DNA of 64,000 bases, taken from contig OZ024755.1 of assembly GCA_964016885.1 (NCBI GenBank), positions 43,214,001-43,278,000 on the forward strand, read 5' to 3'. Every line of letters starts with the position of its first letter. Position 1 is the first letter of the stretch. This stretch comes from Eledone cirrhosa (Eukaryota). A model generated the notes under the pieces. It had not been told where the DNA came from. It saw nothing but the letters and a program-made list of their open reading frames with translations, and searched no databases. Position numbers and translations under genes: made by a program. Positions 24,011-37,087 of the stretch are shown piece by piece.

Positions 24011-24170
24011 TTTCACTAACATGCATATACAAATTTCATTTGTATTTGTTTTGCAAGATGTTTTAAAATCATATATTGAAACACATATTGTTATAATCTG
24101 GGAGAGTCATGTTGCCACTAAAAACATGTGCACCTTTGTTTCAGTTTGGTTTTATTATTAGTTTGGTAAC

Positions 24171-24417
24171 AAGGGCAGTGGTTTGGTAGAGCATCGGACA
24201 ACATGCTTTATGGCATAAAGTTACAGGGACAACATGCTTTATGGCATAAAGTTACGGCTCTTTCTGATTTGAGTTCAAATCCTGCCAAGGTTAGCTTCGC
24301 CTTTCATCCTTATAGGGTCAATAAAATAAAGTAGAAGTAATGCACTAAGATTGATTTAATTAACTTTCCCCTCTCCCAAAATGTTTGACCTTATGTCTAA
24401 ATCAAAAAGTATTATTA
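24171..24417 (+). mobile_element. Nin/Deu-domain SINE
   Basis: B box gagttcaaatcc; gcctttcatccttatagggtcaataaaataaagta; short internal duplication. Confidence 0.8.
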
Positions 24418-24901
24418 GTTGGGTAACAAATCCTTGATTAGTTTAATAACCAGTTTTAATTATCAAAGCTCTTTCACATTATGTGACTATGACTTTAATG
24501 AATTAAATGAAAGAGGAGACAGAGAAGAGAGAAAGTGAAGGTCCTAGTGTGACGAAAGAGCTTTAACAAATGACAAGTGGATTTGGTACCTAACTAATGT
24601 TTTCTTTATTGTTACTTAACTAATATTAAAACTCTATAGTGCATGTGTTCTTATTGGTAACATGACCCTATCAAAATATAACACTGTGTGCTGTGTGTGT
24701 AAATATGAGAATTTATAACAAAGTGGAAAAAAAGGTACATAGAAGGCAGAAAATATAAACATAAGCAATGGGTATAATGTCTATAATGAAAATATTATTT
24801 TGTTTTGCAAGGTTTTCGATATGAAATTGTGTGTTAAAACAGAAATTATATTACCAGAAATAGTAAAACACACTCAGTTTAGTTTGGTTTTCGCTTCAGT
24901 A

Positions 24902-26030
24902 CATCATCGCCATCATCATCACCGTTTTACGTCCGTTCTTTCATGCTAGCATGGGTTAGACGGGTTGTCCTGTTGTGGGCAGTGTCCGGTGCTTTTTTTC
25001 CGTGGCGCCTACACATCCACTTTACAGTGTGGGCTGAGTGCTTTTTTTTTGTGACACCTCCACGACCACTTTGCAGTGGGAGGGTGTGGGGGCATATTGT
25101 CTATATGCTTCAGCTTTGGCTTGTACCCGTGGGGTGTCGGGTCTTCTGTATTACTGTGTGATGCCAGAGGTCATGGTCATGTGTCATCGCCTTTGAGAGG
25201 TGTAATTGGGTAAGGTCGGCTTTTATCACCTCATCCCAGGTCTTCTTGGGTCTCCCCACTCCGCGGTTTCCATCGACTTCTAGTGCTCTGCACCTTTTTA
25301 TGTAGCTGTCATCCTTCATACGCATCACATGTCCATACCAACGCAACCGCCTCTCCTGCACACAACATTTGATTCCTCTTATGCTCAGTCTCTCTCTCAA
25401 TTCGTTTATGCTTTGCCATTCGCGTATATTACTATTACACATCCATCGGAGCATGCAGGCTTCGTTTCTTTCTAATCTACGCAAGTCTTCCACAGACAGC
25501 GCCCAGGTCTCACTACCATGTAACATTGCTGTTCGTATACACGCATCATACAGTCTGTCTTTCATTTTGAGGGAAAAGCCTTGTGCAGCTAGCAGTAGCT
25601 CTCTGAACTTCTTCCATCCCGTTCTTACCCTAGTTATTGTACTTTCAGAACACCCACCTCCGCTGCTAATTCGGTCACCTAGGTAGCAGAAGCTGTCTAC
25701 TGTTTCTACAGAGCCCTCCCAGAGTTTGGTGGTGCTTGTTTCCTGTGGCTGTTTGCTGCTTGCTGTCCCAGCACAGCTGCTACATGTGAAGCCTACATTC
25801 TTAGTTAAGCTTCCGGAGATCCCGCTACATCTCTTGTGTACCCATTGTTTGCATTTGGGGCAGAGAATGGAGTTCCTACCTACACCTTTCCTACATACTG
25901 AGCAAGGCAATTTCCCTGAGGGGATCTGGATTCTGTTTTCTCGTCTACTTACAAGGACCTTAGTCTTTGTTAGGTTGACTTTGAGACCCTTTCTTTCTAG
26001 TCCCTGCTTCCAAGTTTGGAATTTCTTCTC
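24902..26030 (-). mobile_element. 5'-truncated RTE LINE (3' ORF, UTR, (ATG)n tail)
   Basis: 266-aa ORF homologous to 7010-7789 (CSVCRKGVGRNSILC, FCYLG, RRLRWYGHV). Confidence 0.93.
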
Positions 26031-26472
26031 TACATATTTTTTTAATTATAATTTAATGTCCATTTTTCCACATTGGCACGGGTTAGACGAGTTATCCTGT
26101 TGTGAGAAATGTTAGGTCAGAACCAATTTTGGCTTGGTTTTTACAGCTGGATGCAACACATTTACAGTGTGGACTGGGTGCTTTTTGCTGTGACACCTAC
26201 ATGACTACTTTACAGTGTGGACTGGATGTATGTATGGTAGTGGGTGGGGTGGTGCATATTATATATATGCTTCATCTTTTGATTGACCAATCAATAAAAA
26301 ATATATATATATTGAAGCAAAAACCAAACCAAAAAGTGTGTTTAACGATTTTTGGCAATATTCGGACATGGCGCTCACCAAAATATATGAAAATATTTTT
26401 GACAAATGAAAAGAAAAAGATGTGGCATTTGAAGGAGAGAGGCTAAAGAAATGTCTAAGGGCTGCTACTTAC

Positions 26473-26590
26473 AGCGTCCACTTTTCTGGAACAGTATTGG
26501 TTCTCCAACAGATGAGACAATATTTTGGGTGCCATCAGACATAGATTCCATAATGATACACTGATTTTGAAATATCATTCTCTTTAAGAC
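26473..26590 (-). CDS. FAS1-domain protein, internal exon (118 nt)
   Basis: Acceptor ctctaaacag, donor gtaagt; VLKRMIFQNQCIIMESMSDGTQNIVSSVGEPILFQKSGR; phase 0 in and phase 1 out, exactly bridging the flanking exons. Confidence 0.82.
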
Positions 26591-26629
26591 CTGTTTAGAG
26601 AGAGAGATAGAAAGATAGATAGATATATA

Positions 26630-27312
26630 TATCATCATCACCATTTAATGTACATTTTTTCATGCTAGCATGGCTTAGACAAGTTGTCCCAATGTGAGAT
26701 AAGCCAGGTCAGATGACCATGTCTGGCTCATACAGAACTGATTTTGGCTTGGTTTCTACAACTGGATGCCCTTCCTAACACCAACCACTTTACAATGTGG
26801 GCTGGGTGCTTTTTGTCATAACACCTACCTGACCACTTCACAGTGAGTACTGGGTGCTTTTTGTTGTGAAATCTATACAACCACATTACAGTGTGGACTG
26901 GAGACTTTGGTGGGAGGTGTGTGAGATCAGGGAGGTGGGTGTATGGGCATATGTGAGGGGCAGAGTGTTTGGATGTAGAAGTGTATGTATGGAAGGGAGG
27001 TGACAATGGTGCATACTGTATGTATGCTTCAGCCTGTGCTCATGGGGAGGCAGCTCTTCTGTATTATTGCATAATGCCAGAGATCTTGGTCCTGTGTCAT
27101 CGCCTTTGAGAGGTGCAGGGCAGCTTTTATCACCTCATCCCAAGTCTTCCTGAGTCTCCCCACACCATGGCTTCTATTAACTTTGAGTGCTCTGCACTTT
27201 TTTATACAGCTGTCATCTTTCATACACATCACATGTCCACACCAACGCAGTCTCCTCTCTTTCACACAGCATTTAATTCCTTTTATGTCTAGTTTCTCTC
27301 TCAGTTCATTTA
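26630..27312 (-). mobile_element. 5'-truncated RTE LINE 3' end
   Basis: ERRLRWCGHVMCMKDDSCIKKCRAL plus the same UTR and tail as the other copies. Confidence 0.88.
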
Positions 27313-27709
27313 TATATATATATATATATAGGTTATTTAAGTGAGTAATTTGCTGTTACTTGCAGCACACTGCTCGAGTCTAGATCACACATGTAACCTC
27401 ACCTATCAGAGAGGATGCCAAAGAAGAGTCAGGCTTCAATAACCTTCATCACACCTCAGCTTATTGATATTGAAACAATTGGAATATGTAAATAAATCTT
27501 CTACACACGCTGCAAATCTGACTTCAGTTATTGTCACTATATATATATATATAGCTGGTGCTTAGCCATCGGGGTCCTGACTCTTTTCCTATATATATAG
27601 TAATAATAATAAATTTGAAGACTAAAATCCAAAGAGGGCTCAATAAGGATAAATATATATCAAATATATAAGAACCATAGAGCAAATATTTATTAAAATA
27701 ACAAATTAA

Positions 27710-27760
27710 AGTTTAAGCAAAGAATCGCTGCTTTCACCCTTAACGGGATCTTCTGAAACT
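27710..27760 (-). ncRNA. Minimal type I hammerhead motif (CAGAAGA core)
   Basis: agttt-CAGAAGA-tcccgttaagggt-GAAA-gca..tgc-TT-aaact on the minus strand. Confidence 0.72.
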
Positions 27761-28446
27761 AAAAAAAAATCAATCTGTGAACGCAGAAGTAAATATTTCC
27801 AAAAAACGTTGCAACCGAAAGAAGACAGGAAGACGATACTTTGGTTCATGGAAACGTTCCCTGGCAAAGAACAGAAAAAAACGAAGATAATACGTCATTA
27901 TTTGGAGCGGTGAGAAAAATTACACGCAAAGACAAAACCATGTTTATGGTATAAATGAAGTCGTAGACTAATATTCTATTAGGTGGTTCGTGGAGACGTT
28001 CTCTGGCAATGAACGGAAAAAATGAAGATAATACGTCATTATGTGGAGCGGTGAGAACAATTGCACGCAAAGAAAAAACCACGTAAATGGTATAACTGAA
28101 GTCATAGACTAAAATTCTATTTAGGAAACCGAATGATTCTCGGCTTCAGAGTTAAGAATAATGTAAATAAATTAGAGGTAATTGAAATCAACAAAAATTA
28201 AATATATACATGCACGCATCCAAATACGTACACAGACATGCATACGCGAAAACACCCGCCATGAATATGCAAATACAAGCACATATACAAAAAAAAAACA
28301 CGCACGCACATAAAGAACCCCCGCAACGCCTGTACCCACACACATACGAACGTAAACACCAAATACACATATATATTTTTATATGCGTGTGTGTGTGTGT
28401 ATAGATATAAATAATATAAATTCATTCTATTAAGGATTCTAATGCC

Positions 28447-30187
28447 GTGCACGTCCACTCCGACAAAACTGGCAATCTATATCAAGTGGAGCACAGTACT
28501 TACCATCAACTGTTACATAATGCTGTAACTAAGGATTACCGTAAAACTAATCGGAGCGTCATTAATGACATCAACGATGCTGGGTTTAAAATCACCTCTG
28601 ATCTCAACATCTTGGACCGGACTGAACCTCTGGACCCTATTTCTCCCCACTTGACCCTGAAGGATCACAAATCTAATTTCCAGAACAAGCCCTCTATTTG
28701 GCTTATTAACCCTACAAAGTCCGATTTAGGTAGACTTAGTAAAGGGATTTTAGATAGAATTATACCTGAAATTAGAAGCTTGGCCCCTCTTGCACTGTGG
28801 AACAATTCTTTCACAGTGATTGGTTCAACAATATATGCAACAAGGAACATTACCGTTTTATGCAATTCGACATCAATAATTACTACTCCTCCATCACTTT
28901 ACCACTTCTTCTTAGAGCTATCAATTTTGCTAAAACACTCACAGTGGTTAAGGATTTCGAAGTTGATGTCATCCTCAATGCCCGTAAGTCGGTGATTAAT
29001 TTCGACGACCCTATTTGGACGTGAGTATGGGCGCCAGCGATTCTGCGGAGGTTACTGATCTTATCGGCCTTTTCCGTCTTTTCTCTATCAAGGAAGAATT
29101 CCCCAACATGGGCGGTGGTTTGTAGCGTGATGACGGTCTTTTGGCCATAACAAAGTGCGGCCCACGCGCTTGCGACAGGTTCAGAAAAGAACTCACAGCC
29201 TTCTTTAAGGGCTTCAACCTCTCCATACAGGTTGAGGCCAACCTCTCGGTCGTTAATTACCTTGACGTTACCCTCAATTTGTCGAATGGCTTGCACTACC
29301 CGTATAGAAAGCCGAATGATATGCATAATTACATAAGTAAGCATTCTAACCATCCTGCCAGCATAACCAAGAACCTGGTAAGAAACGTTTCTTTGAGGCT
29401 TTCCCGTCTATCTACTAACGAGCATATTTTCAATGACCATTGCACATATTACAATGAAGCTCTTGCTCGGAGTGGATTTGTCGATAAGGTAGCATATACA
29501 GAGTATGAGAATAGACCTACGAAAAATAGATCCCATTATATGGTATAACCCACCATATAATATGGAGGTGGCCACACCATTAGCTAAGATATTTCTCTCC
29601 CTTATTATGAAGCATTTACCCCTACCACATACATATAGTAACATTTTTAATAGAAATACCATTAAAATTTCTTACTCTACAACTCCTAACCTTGCACATA
29701 ACATCACAGCTTCAAATTTAGCTAAATTACCTAGCCGTAGGAACACGTGCAACCCTGTAGCTAGTACTAACTGTAATTGTAGGAATCAGGTTGACTGCCC
29801 CCTATCCGGGAAATGCCTCTCTGGTAACATTGTCTACAAATGTAAGGTTGAAACACCCACGTCCCGTAGGGCCTACATAGGGTTAACCGCCAATAGATTC
29901 AAGCAGCGTCTTTACATGCATACCCATTCTTTTCTTAACCCTTTAAGAAGGAATATGACGTCACTTTCAGCTTATGTCTAAAAGACAACCACACCCAATA
30001 TAAGTTACACTGGGAGATCCTAGCTAAAGCTAGATCGTATAACGGGAATAAAAGACCATGTGACCTCTGCGCAGCTGAAGCCCTGGAAATACTCTATGCC
30101 AATGACCACATCTTAAACAAAAAATCTGAGGCAATTTCGGCTTGTAAACATAAATTGCACAAAACTTTCTTGTATTACAGCCCCTAA
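28447..30187 (+). pseudogene. PLE reverse transcriptase/GIY-YIG endonuclease ORF (disrupted)
   Basis: SDKTGNLY, LKDHK, LINPTKS, FDINNYYSSI, MGASDSAE, GL*RDDGL, YLDVTLNL, SNHP, IWYNPPY, CNCRxxxxCPLxGKC, IVYKC..YIG, CDLC..CKHK; several frameshifts. Confidence 0.93.
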
Positions 30188-31241
30188 CGGATAGTACGAA
30201 CTATGCGCGGATATTTTACGTCTTGATGTGGTAGCTAAGTATATGTTATGTTTATACCATTACTTATTTTTATAGGTAAGTGTATATTGCCTGTATGTTT
30301 TGTGAAGGTACGTATAATTTCTCGTACGTATATTTGCTTATGTATGTTATAGGCGTATATATTATATTATATATACTGGTACATGTACATATGGTTATGT
30401 GTATACGTGAATTTTGCGGCTGTGTGAGTATGCGGGTTCGTACCTATGTAGGGTGTGTATATGTGTACTTTGTGTTTTGGTTGACGTACGTTTAACGAAC
30501 ATGTGTATTTACATGTAGGTATGTGTGTGCACGCGTTATATACGTATTTACGTGTGTATATTTATATACGTTTATATAATTATATGTATACACGCACACA
30601 CACACATATATATATATATTTTTTATATATATTTTTATGTGTATTTGGTGTATACGTTCGTATGTGTGCGGGTACAGGTGTTGTGTGGGTTCTGTATGTG
30701 CATGGGGTTTTTTTTTTGTGTACCTGCTTGTATTTGCATACCCATGGCGGGTGTTTTTGCATATGCATGTGTATGTACGTATTTGGATGCGTGCATGTAT
30801 ATATTTAATTTTTGTTGATTTTAATTACCTCTAATTTATTTACATTATTCTTAACTCTGAAACCGAGAATCATTCGGTTTCCTAAATAAAATTTTAGTCT
30901 ACGACTTCAGTTATACCATTTACGTGGTTTTTTCTTTGCGTGCAATTGTTCTCAGTGCTCCTCATAATGACGTATTATCTTCGTTTTTTCCGTTCATTGC
31001 CAGAGAACGTCTCCACGAACCACCTAATAGAATATTAGTCTACGACTTCATTTATACCATAAACATGGTTATGTCTGTGCATGTAATTTTTCTAACCACT
31101 CCAAATAATGACGTATTATCTTCGTTTTTTCTGTTCTTTGCCAGGGAACGTTTCCATGAACCAAAGTATCGTCTTCCTGTCTTCTTTCAGTTGCAACGTT
31201 TTTCGAAATATTTACTTCTGCGTTCACAGATTGATTTTTTT

Positions 31242-31292
31242 AGTTTCAGAAGATCCTGTAAGGGGTGAAAGCAGCGATTCTTTGCTTAAACT
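31242..31292 (+). ncRNA. Minimal type I hammerhead motif (CAGAAGA core)
   Basis: agttt-CAGAAGA-tcctgtaaggggt-GAAA-gcagcgattctttgc-TT-aaact. Confidence 0.72.
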
Positions 31293-31307
31293 TTAATCTG
31301 TTATTTT

Positions 31308-31398
<91 letters not shown>

Positions 31399-31458
31399 AG
31401 TTGAAATAAAATGAAAACGAAATTTCATTTCTCACTCTTAGTACGGCACTTGCTTAAA

Positions 31459-31960
<502 letters not shown>

Positions 31961-32031
31961 ATATATATATATATTTATATATATAATAGTATAACACTAG
32001 TTATATCCGTAGTAGTAGAACACTCAGTCCA

Positions 32032-32760
32032 CAGCTCGGTTTAAATGAGATTATACGAAAAGGGAAACATCATTATCATCATTGTCGTTTAACGTCTATC
32101 TTCCACGCGAGCATGGGTTTACAATTATAAACAATTATACAAGTACACATACACAGAAGAAGTTCTTTTCAAAGGGGAAGCAACTCACACTGTAATTTAC
32201 GAAGCCTTAGTCACTTCTAACCGACCAAATCAATAACAAGAGGTTAAATCCTATGTAGGTATGGCGGAGGGCCAGTTTAAAGAATGCTTCCTGAATCAAC
32301 TGTCGACATTCAGACACCTGGACAAACGATCGTCCACGAAGCTCACAAGTCACATGTGGTCTCTCAAGACGCAGGCGTGGATTACTCCATTCAATGGAAA
32401 GTTATTACTGAGTCTATACGGAAATGGGATTCGTCTTGTGGGCTGTGCATTGAAGAAAGAATCAATATCCTGAGTAGTTACGTAATAGTGCTTGTCTAAA
32501 TTCAAGAATTTAAAAGCTCCAAACTGACTACTGGATGTAACTTCTAGACCGAATACCATAAATAACTTATTGTATTCTGAGCTTTCGCTGTTGCCTCTAA
32601 TGTGAGTTGCATTCCCTTTGAGAAGAACTTCTGCACATGTGTATTTGTATAATTGTCTCCCTTTCCATATAATCTCATTTGAACTGAGCTAATGATCCAA
32701 CTTAGGTGAAACAAATTGTTTTCGGAAATGGTGAATTAACTGTTGTCGAACTACTTATAT
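32032..32760 (+). mobile_element. Short Penelope-like insertion: inverted pLTR piece, GIY-YIG fragment, pLTR with hammerhead
   Basis: VIYEALV..YVGMAEGQFK..TKLTSHMWSLK..CGLC; 32032-32190 is the inverse of ~32600-32691. Confidence 0.85.
32684..32725 (+). ncRNA. Minimal hammerhead motif with a G5A-mutated core
   Basis: ctgag-CTAATGA-tccaacttaggt-GAAA-caaattg-TT-ttcgg. Confidence 0.6.
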
Positions 32761-32769
32761 ATATAAATA

Positions 32770-33097
32770 TGGAGGCACATGGCTTAGTGGTTAGAGCATT
32801 GGCCTTGCAATCGAAAGGTTGTGAGTTCAATTCTCAGACTGGGTGATGTGTTGTTTCCTTGAGCAAGACAATTTATTTCACATTGCTCCAGTTTACTCAG
32901 CTGTAGAAATGAGATGATAGGGACTGGGGTCCATATCATTCCACTGCAAAGTGGTCGTGGAGGTGCCACGGCAAAAAAGCACCCAGCACTCACTGTAAAT
33001 GGGGTTGGTGTTAGGAAGGGCATCCAGCTGTAGAAATCAAGCCAGAATCAGTTCCCATCCCACCCTTGCAAGCAGGGAAAAAGCGGACATAAAATGG
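32770..33097 (+). mobile_element. Full-length CORE-type tRNA-SINE
   Basis: A and B boxes, CORE-like segment, RTE-related 3' part. Confidence 0.92.
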
Positions 33098-33119
33098 AAA
33101 TATATATATATGTATAGAT

Positions 33120-33225
33120 AAATAAATATTTGCTCTAGGGTTCTTATATATTTGATATATATTTATCCTTATCGAGCCCTCTTTGGATTTTAGTCTTCAC
33201 ATTTATTATTATTACTATATATATA
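33120..33225 (+). mobile_element. Displaced terminal segment of the Penelope pLTR
   Basis: Reverse complement of 27595-27695, continuing where 31313 stops. Confidence 0.88.
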
Positions 33226-33439
33226 CAGTATATATATGATAGACAGAGAGAGAGATTATAATATAGAGATTTTATAGTTGTAGACAAACTACATATAGAC
33301 TCACAGACACACATAGACACTCACATACGCATGCATATGTACAAAGAAATATATATTTCTTTGTAATCTTGCTCATGGAAGTCAGTGACAGGCATGTACA
33401 TCATTGGATGTACATGCCTGTCACTTTATGAGACCCATA

Positions 33440-33790
33440 AACTCTACGACAAATATTACATATGTGTTGTGCTGGTGTGTTACGTAGAGCTATGGTGCAG
33501 CTACACTTAGAATTTGCATCACCAGTCTGACACTCCTGTCTTGCTCAGAATATTGACCTCCTGGAGACTGTTCAAAAACATGCAACCAAGCGAATACCCT
33601 CCATCAGTCATCTACAATACTCTGAACCCCTGGCATGGATACATTGAAGCTCCGACATCTGGCAACTGACTTGGTAAACATCCACAAAATTATTAACCAT
33701 CTTACCAACAACAACCCCGAGCACCTTTTTGAATTCCATGTGTCTAACACACGTGGACATGCTAACAAAGTCAGAAAACAGCACAGTTGC
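33440..33790 (+). mobile_element. CR1/L2-group LINE 3' fragment
   Basis: LEFASPV, NIDLLETVQKHATKRIP, HKIINHL, SNTRGHANKVRKQH. Confidence 0.75.
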
Positions 33791-33804
33791 TAGGTCATGT
33801 GTAG

Positions 33805-33970
33805 CTAGGTCAGGTCAGGTTTCTGCTTGCTACTGGTACCTTATAACTCAGTACAACCTGCTTCATGGTAGAGTAGGCGGTGACTAAAACAGTTCCCCTA
33901 CCAAACCAGGGTCTAGTGGGGGAGCTGGTTTAGGGGAACCCCAGCAGCACAAAATGATGAGCTGTTAAAG
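33805..33970 (+). mobile_element. Highly diverged relative of the repeat family C 5' end
   Basis: tgctactggtacc..cagtacaacctg..catggt..gtgactaaaac. Confidence 0.55.
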
Positions 33971-34599
33971 TTCTATCTCATAAGAGACTTTTAATGATAG
34001 AGGCCCCAGTCAAGTTGTTACAGCTCACATGTGTTAGTTTAGCTGATCCCCTACATGGTTCTATCTCAGAGGCGATTTCTCAGCTGTTTTAATGAAAAAC
34101 AATATGAAAAAATGTGCCCTGGTTAAGATACATAAAATTTCATGAGAATAAATTCTTACATTTATCGTCATTATATGTTCATTTTTTTAAATGTTTGCAG
34201 GGATTGAATGGATCTTATCTAGCAGAGTTTCCCTCCACAGTTCCTTAGTGATCTCTATGAGGTTCACTCCATCTCATCTGCCCAAGTCTTCCTCTACTTC
34301 TTTCCATCGAGATCTCTTGGCACTTCTTCACCCAACAATCATCATCCATATGCATCACATGTCCATACCAGCAGAGAACACTACATCTGAATCCTCATAT
34401 CTAATTATTATTTCAGCTCATCTGAGCTTTGCCTTCCATGCACATTAACATCACACATCCATTAGAACATGTTTGACTCATTTCTCTTCAGACATTGCAT
34501 ATCTTCTCTATTTACTGCCCATGTCTCATTACATGCAGCACCATACTTTGTATTTAGCCAGAATACAGCCTACCGACCATACAACATTATACAGCCATC

Positions 34600-34925
34600 A
34601 TTCACTGACAATTCTCCATGGTTATAAAGGCCCCCATCAGTCTCTAATGATCATGGTTTTGTACCTAGAAAGTTTCCCTCCAAGGAATAAGCCTGGGCAA
34701 GGTTTGTTTGTGGAAGACCAGCAGTCGCCCATGCATACCAGCCTCCCTTCTCCATGCCACCGATGATGTCCAAGGCAAAGGCAATGGTTGAGACAGCTTG
34801 GCACCAGTGACGTCGCAACTCATTTACAGCTGAGTAAACTGGAGCAATGTGAAATAAACTCAGTCTGAGAATTGAACTCACAATCTCTCAATTGCAAGCC
34901 CAACACTCTAAGCACTAAGCCGTGG
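34600..34925 (-). mobile_element. tRNA-SINE sharing the CORE-SINE head but with a different body
   Basis: Minus strand: gcttagtgcttagagtg..gtgagttcaattctcagactg..ttcacattgctccagtttactcagctgtaaatgag. Confidence 0.75.
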
Positions 34926-35044
34926 TTATACAACATCAGATTTCATATGTAGGTAACATACAACCTCTCTTTCCTATGTAGAGAGAAACCATTCATTGTC
35001 AAGAGAGAAGCTCCCAGAACATATATACATTAAGCTATACTTAC

Positions 35045-35270
35045 ATGTGTAAGTACATTGACATTGCTCCAAATCTCCTTGCCGATATTATGTCTCATCA
35101 TTATCTCTATAGCAGTTCTATTAGGAATCAATATGGTGTAATCACATTTCTGGAAGCCACACTGTGCATAATCTTTGGGCAGATAAGCCTGGCTATTGTG
35201 GCTGTTTGAAGTTTTATCATCAGTCAGTTCATGTTGTAGTCCAGTTACACGTAAAGCAGAAAATGGTTGC
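35045..35270 (-). CDS. FAS1-domain protein, internal exon (226 nt)
   Basis: Acceptor tatttgttag, donor gtaagt; phase 2 in and 0 out; YTILIPNRTAI resembles the FAS1 H1 motif. Confidence 0.85.
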
Positions 35271-35279
35271 CTAACAAAT

Positions 35280-35470
35280 AATAATAATGGTTTCTGATTT
35301 AAGCACAAGGCCAACAATTTGGGGGAATGGGAAAGTTCATTAAATTTACACCATAAGGATGAAAGGCAAAGCTAATCTCGGTGGGATTTGAGCTCAGAAC
35401 GTAAAGGGCTGTAACTATGCCGCTAAGCATGTTATCCGACACTCTACCGATTCTGCCAATCCACTGCCCT
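35280..35470 (-). mobile_element. Nin/Deu-domain SINE abutting the exon acceptor
   Basis: Reverse complement of the 22301/24171 family. Confidence 0.8.
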
Positions 35471-35504
35471 GTGGTAGTAGTAATAGTAATAATAATACCT
35501 GTCC

Positions 35505-35735
35505 TGCACAAACAACAATATAACTCTCAAAGAAACTGAGAAATTAATCAAATATAAAGATTTGGAGACAGAAATAAGCTGAATATGGATGTTGAAAACA
35601 GAAACAATTCCCCTAGTAATAGGGAATGATTTAAAAAACAATACAGATACATAAGTAAAGTCCCATGACAAATATATATAACATGCTGAAAATAACACTA
35701 CTAGATACTATAAACATATTACAATTTGTGAGGAT
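35505..35735 (+). mobile_element. R4/Dong-like RLE LINE C-terminal fragment
   Basis: NITLKETEKLIKYKDLETEIS*IWMLKTETIPLVIG, then KITLLDT. Confidence 0.7.
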
Positions 35736-36134
35736 ATAAAAATGATATATTTTCCTTATTTCACACGAGAATACTCTTTGTTCTAAAGCTGGTCTTGTTA
35801 ACCACTCATGGCTACATGAACTAAGGTAAGTTAATAACAGCTCATTCAAGGACCATATGTTGGCTCATGTAGCATACATTTATCTTGATTCTCAATTGCA
35901 TTTAACTGAGAAGCGACATCTATATAAATGTTGTGGTAAACCTGTAAATGGTCTGAAGAGACACGTGACTGAAGACAATATTGTCTTTATTATGCATTGC
36001 TTTTAAAGCTAAAAATCATCAGATGTCAAAAATATTAGAGACAAAAAATGATGTCAACAACTACAACAATAAGAAAATGAGGGAGATATGACAAAACAAG
36101 TAAAAGAAAACATTAGATTGATTAATATTTCAGA

Positions 36135-36460
36135 GTTGTACTTGTCTAGCAGATGTCTTGATCTGAGACTGTGTTGTAAATGTCTGGCAGATGACTTGAT
36201 CTGAGACTGTTGTACATGTCTGGCAGTTGACTTGATCTGAGACTGTGTTGTACATGTCTGGCAGATGACTTGATTCTGAGACTGTGTTGTACATGTATAC
36301 CAGATGATTGATCTGAGACTATGTTGTACATGTCTGACATATGACTTGATCTGAGACTGTGTTGTACATGTCTGACAAGTGACTTGATCTGAGTGTGTTG
36401 TACATGTCTGGCAGGTGAGTTGATCCGAGACTGTGTTGGTGTGTATATGTCTGGCAGGTG
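36135..36460. repeat. ~38-bp minisatellite, about 8 copies
   Basis: gatctgagactgtgttgtacatgtctggcagatgactt repeated. Confidence 0.92.
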
Positions 36461-36622
36461 ACCATGTCATTGATAGAGCCTCACTATCAGTGACTGTCAG
36501 TGACACGGTCATAAAATATGCAATGAAAATTTTGACACTAAGAAATGTAAAAATAAATGTAAAAATAAATGACTAATTTTAACTAATTAGTCAAAAATAA
36601 ATGAAAAATAAAAAAATTTTAC

Positions 36623-36773
36623 ATTTGAAGCCAAGGGTGATTATAGATGAGACTGGGTATATCCAAATCAGGAATGCCAAATACTTTATCAATCTTTTGA
36701 ATGAGGCCGTTAGTACAACCAATGTCTGCAGTAATAAGTTTAGCTTGGACACCGGCACCATCAACATAACGAT
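36623..36773 (-). CDS. FAS1-domain protein, internal exon (151 nt)
   Basis: Acceptor tttctgtctccacag, donor gtaaaa; RYVDGAGVQAKLITADIGCTNGLIQKIDKVFGIP is an H2-type motif; phase 1 in and 2 out. Confidence 0.87.
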
Positions 36774-37087
36774 CTGTGGAGACAGAAATTATAAAACAAC
36801 AATAAAGTCTTAGCAATGATTTAACACGTGTGTATGTGTACGAATGTGTGAGTGTGTGTGCATATGAGTGTCTATATGTATATGTGCGCATGTGTACATG
36901 TGTTTATGTGTGTCAACAAGAATATGTATCTGTGTGCATATGTATATTTGTGTGTGTGTGTGTGTGCGTATGTGTCTATGTGTGTTGTGTGTCTATGTGT
37001 GTGTGTCTATGTGTCTACGTTTATGTGTCTCCATGTATATGTGTAAGTATGTATGTGTGTCTAAGTATATATGTGTCTGTGAGTGAG

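Larger units (their letters stand above)
27595..31313 (+). mobile_element. Penelope-like element (Naiad type), 5'-truncated, with an inverted pseudo-LTR
   Basis: RT plus GIY-YIG pseudo-ORF 28447-30187, flanked by ~27690-28410 and its reverse complement ~30595-31313; each arm ends in a hammerhead. Confidence 0.92.

Noticed and set aside
28447-30187. Selenocysteine-recoded Naiad ORF
   Set aside because: The disruptions I could trace are frameshifts or deletions and a TAG in YRDD; conserved Cys positions use normal Cys codons
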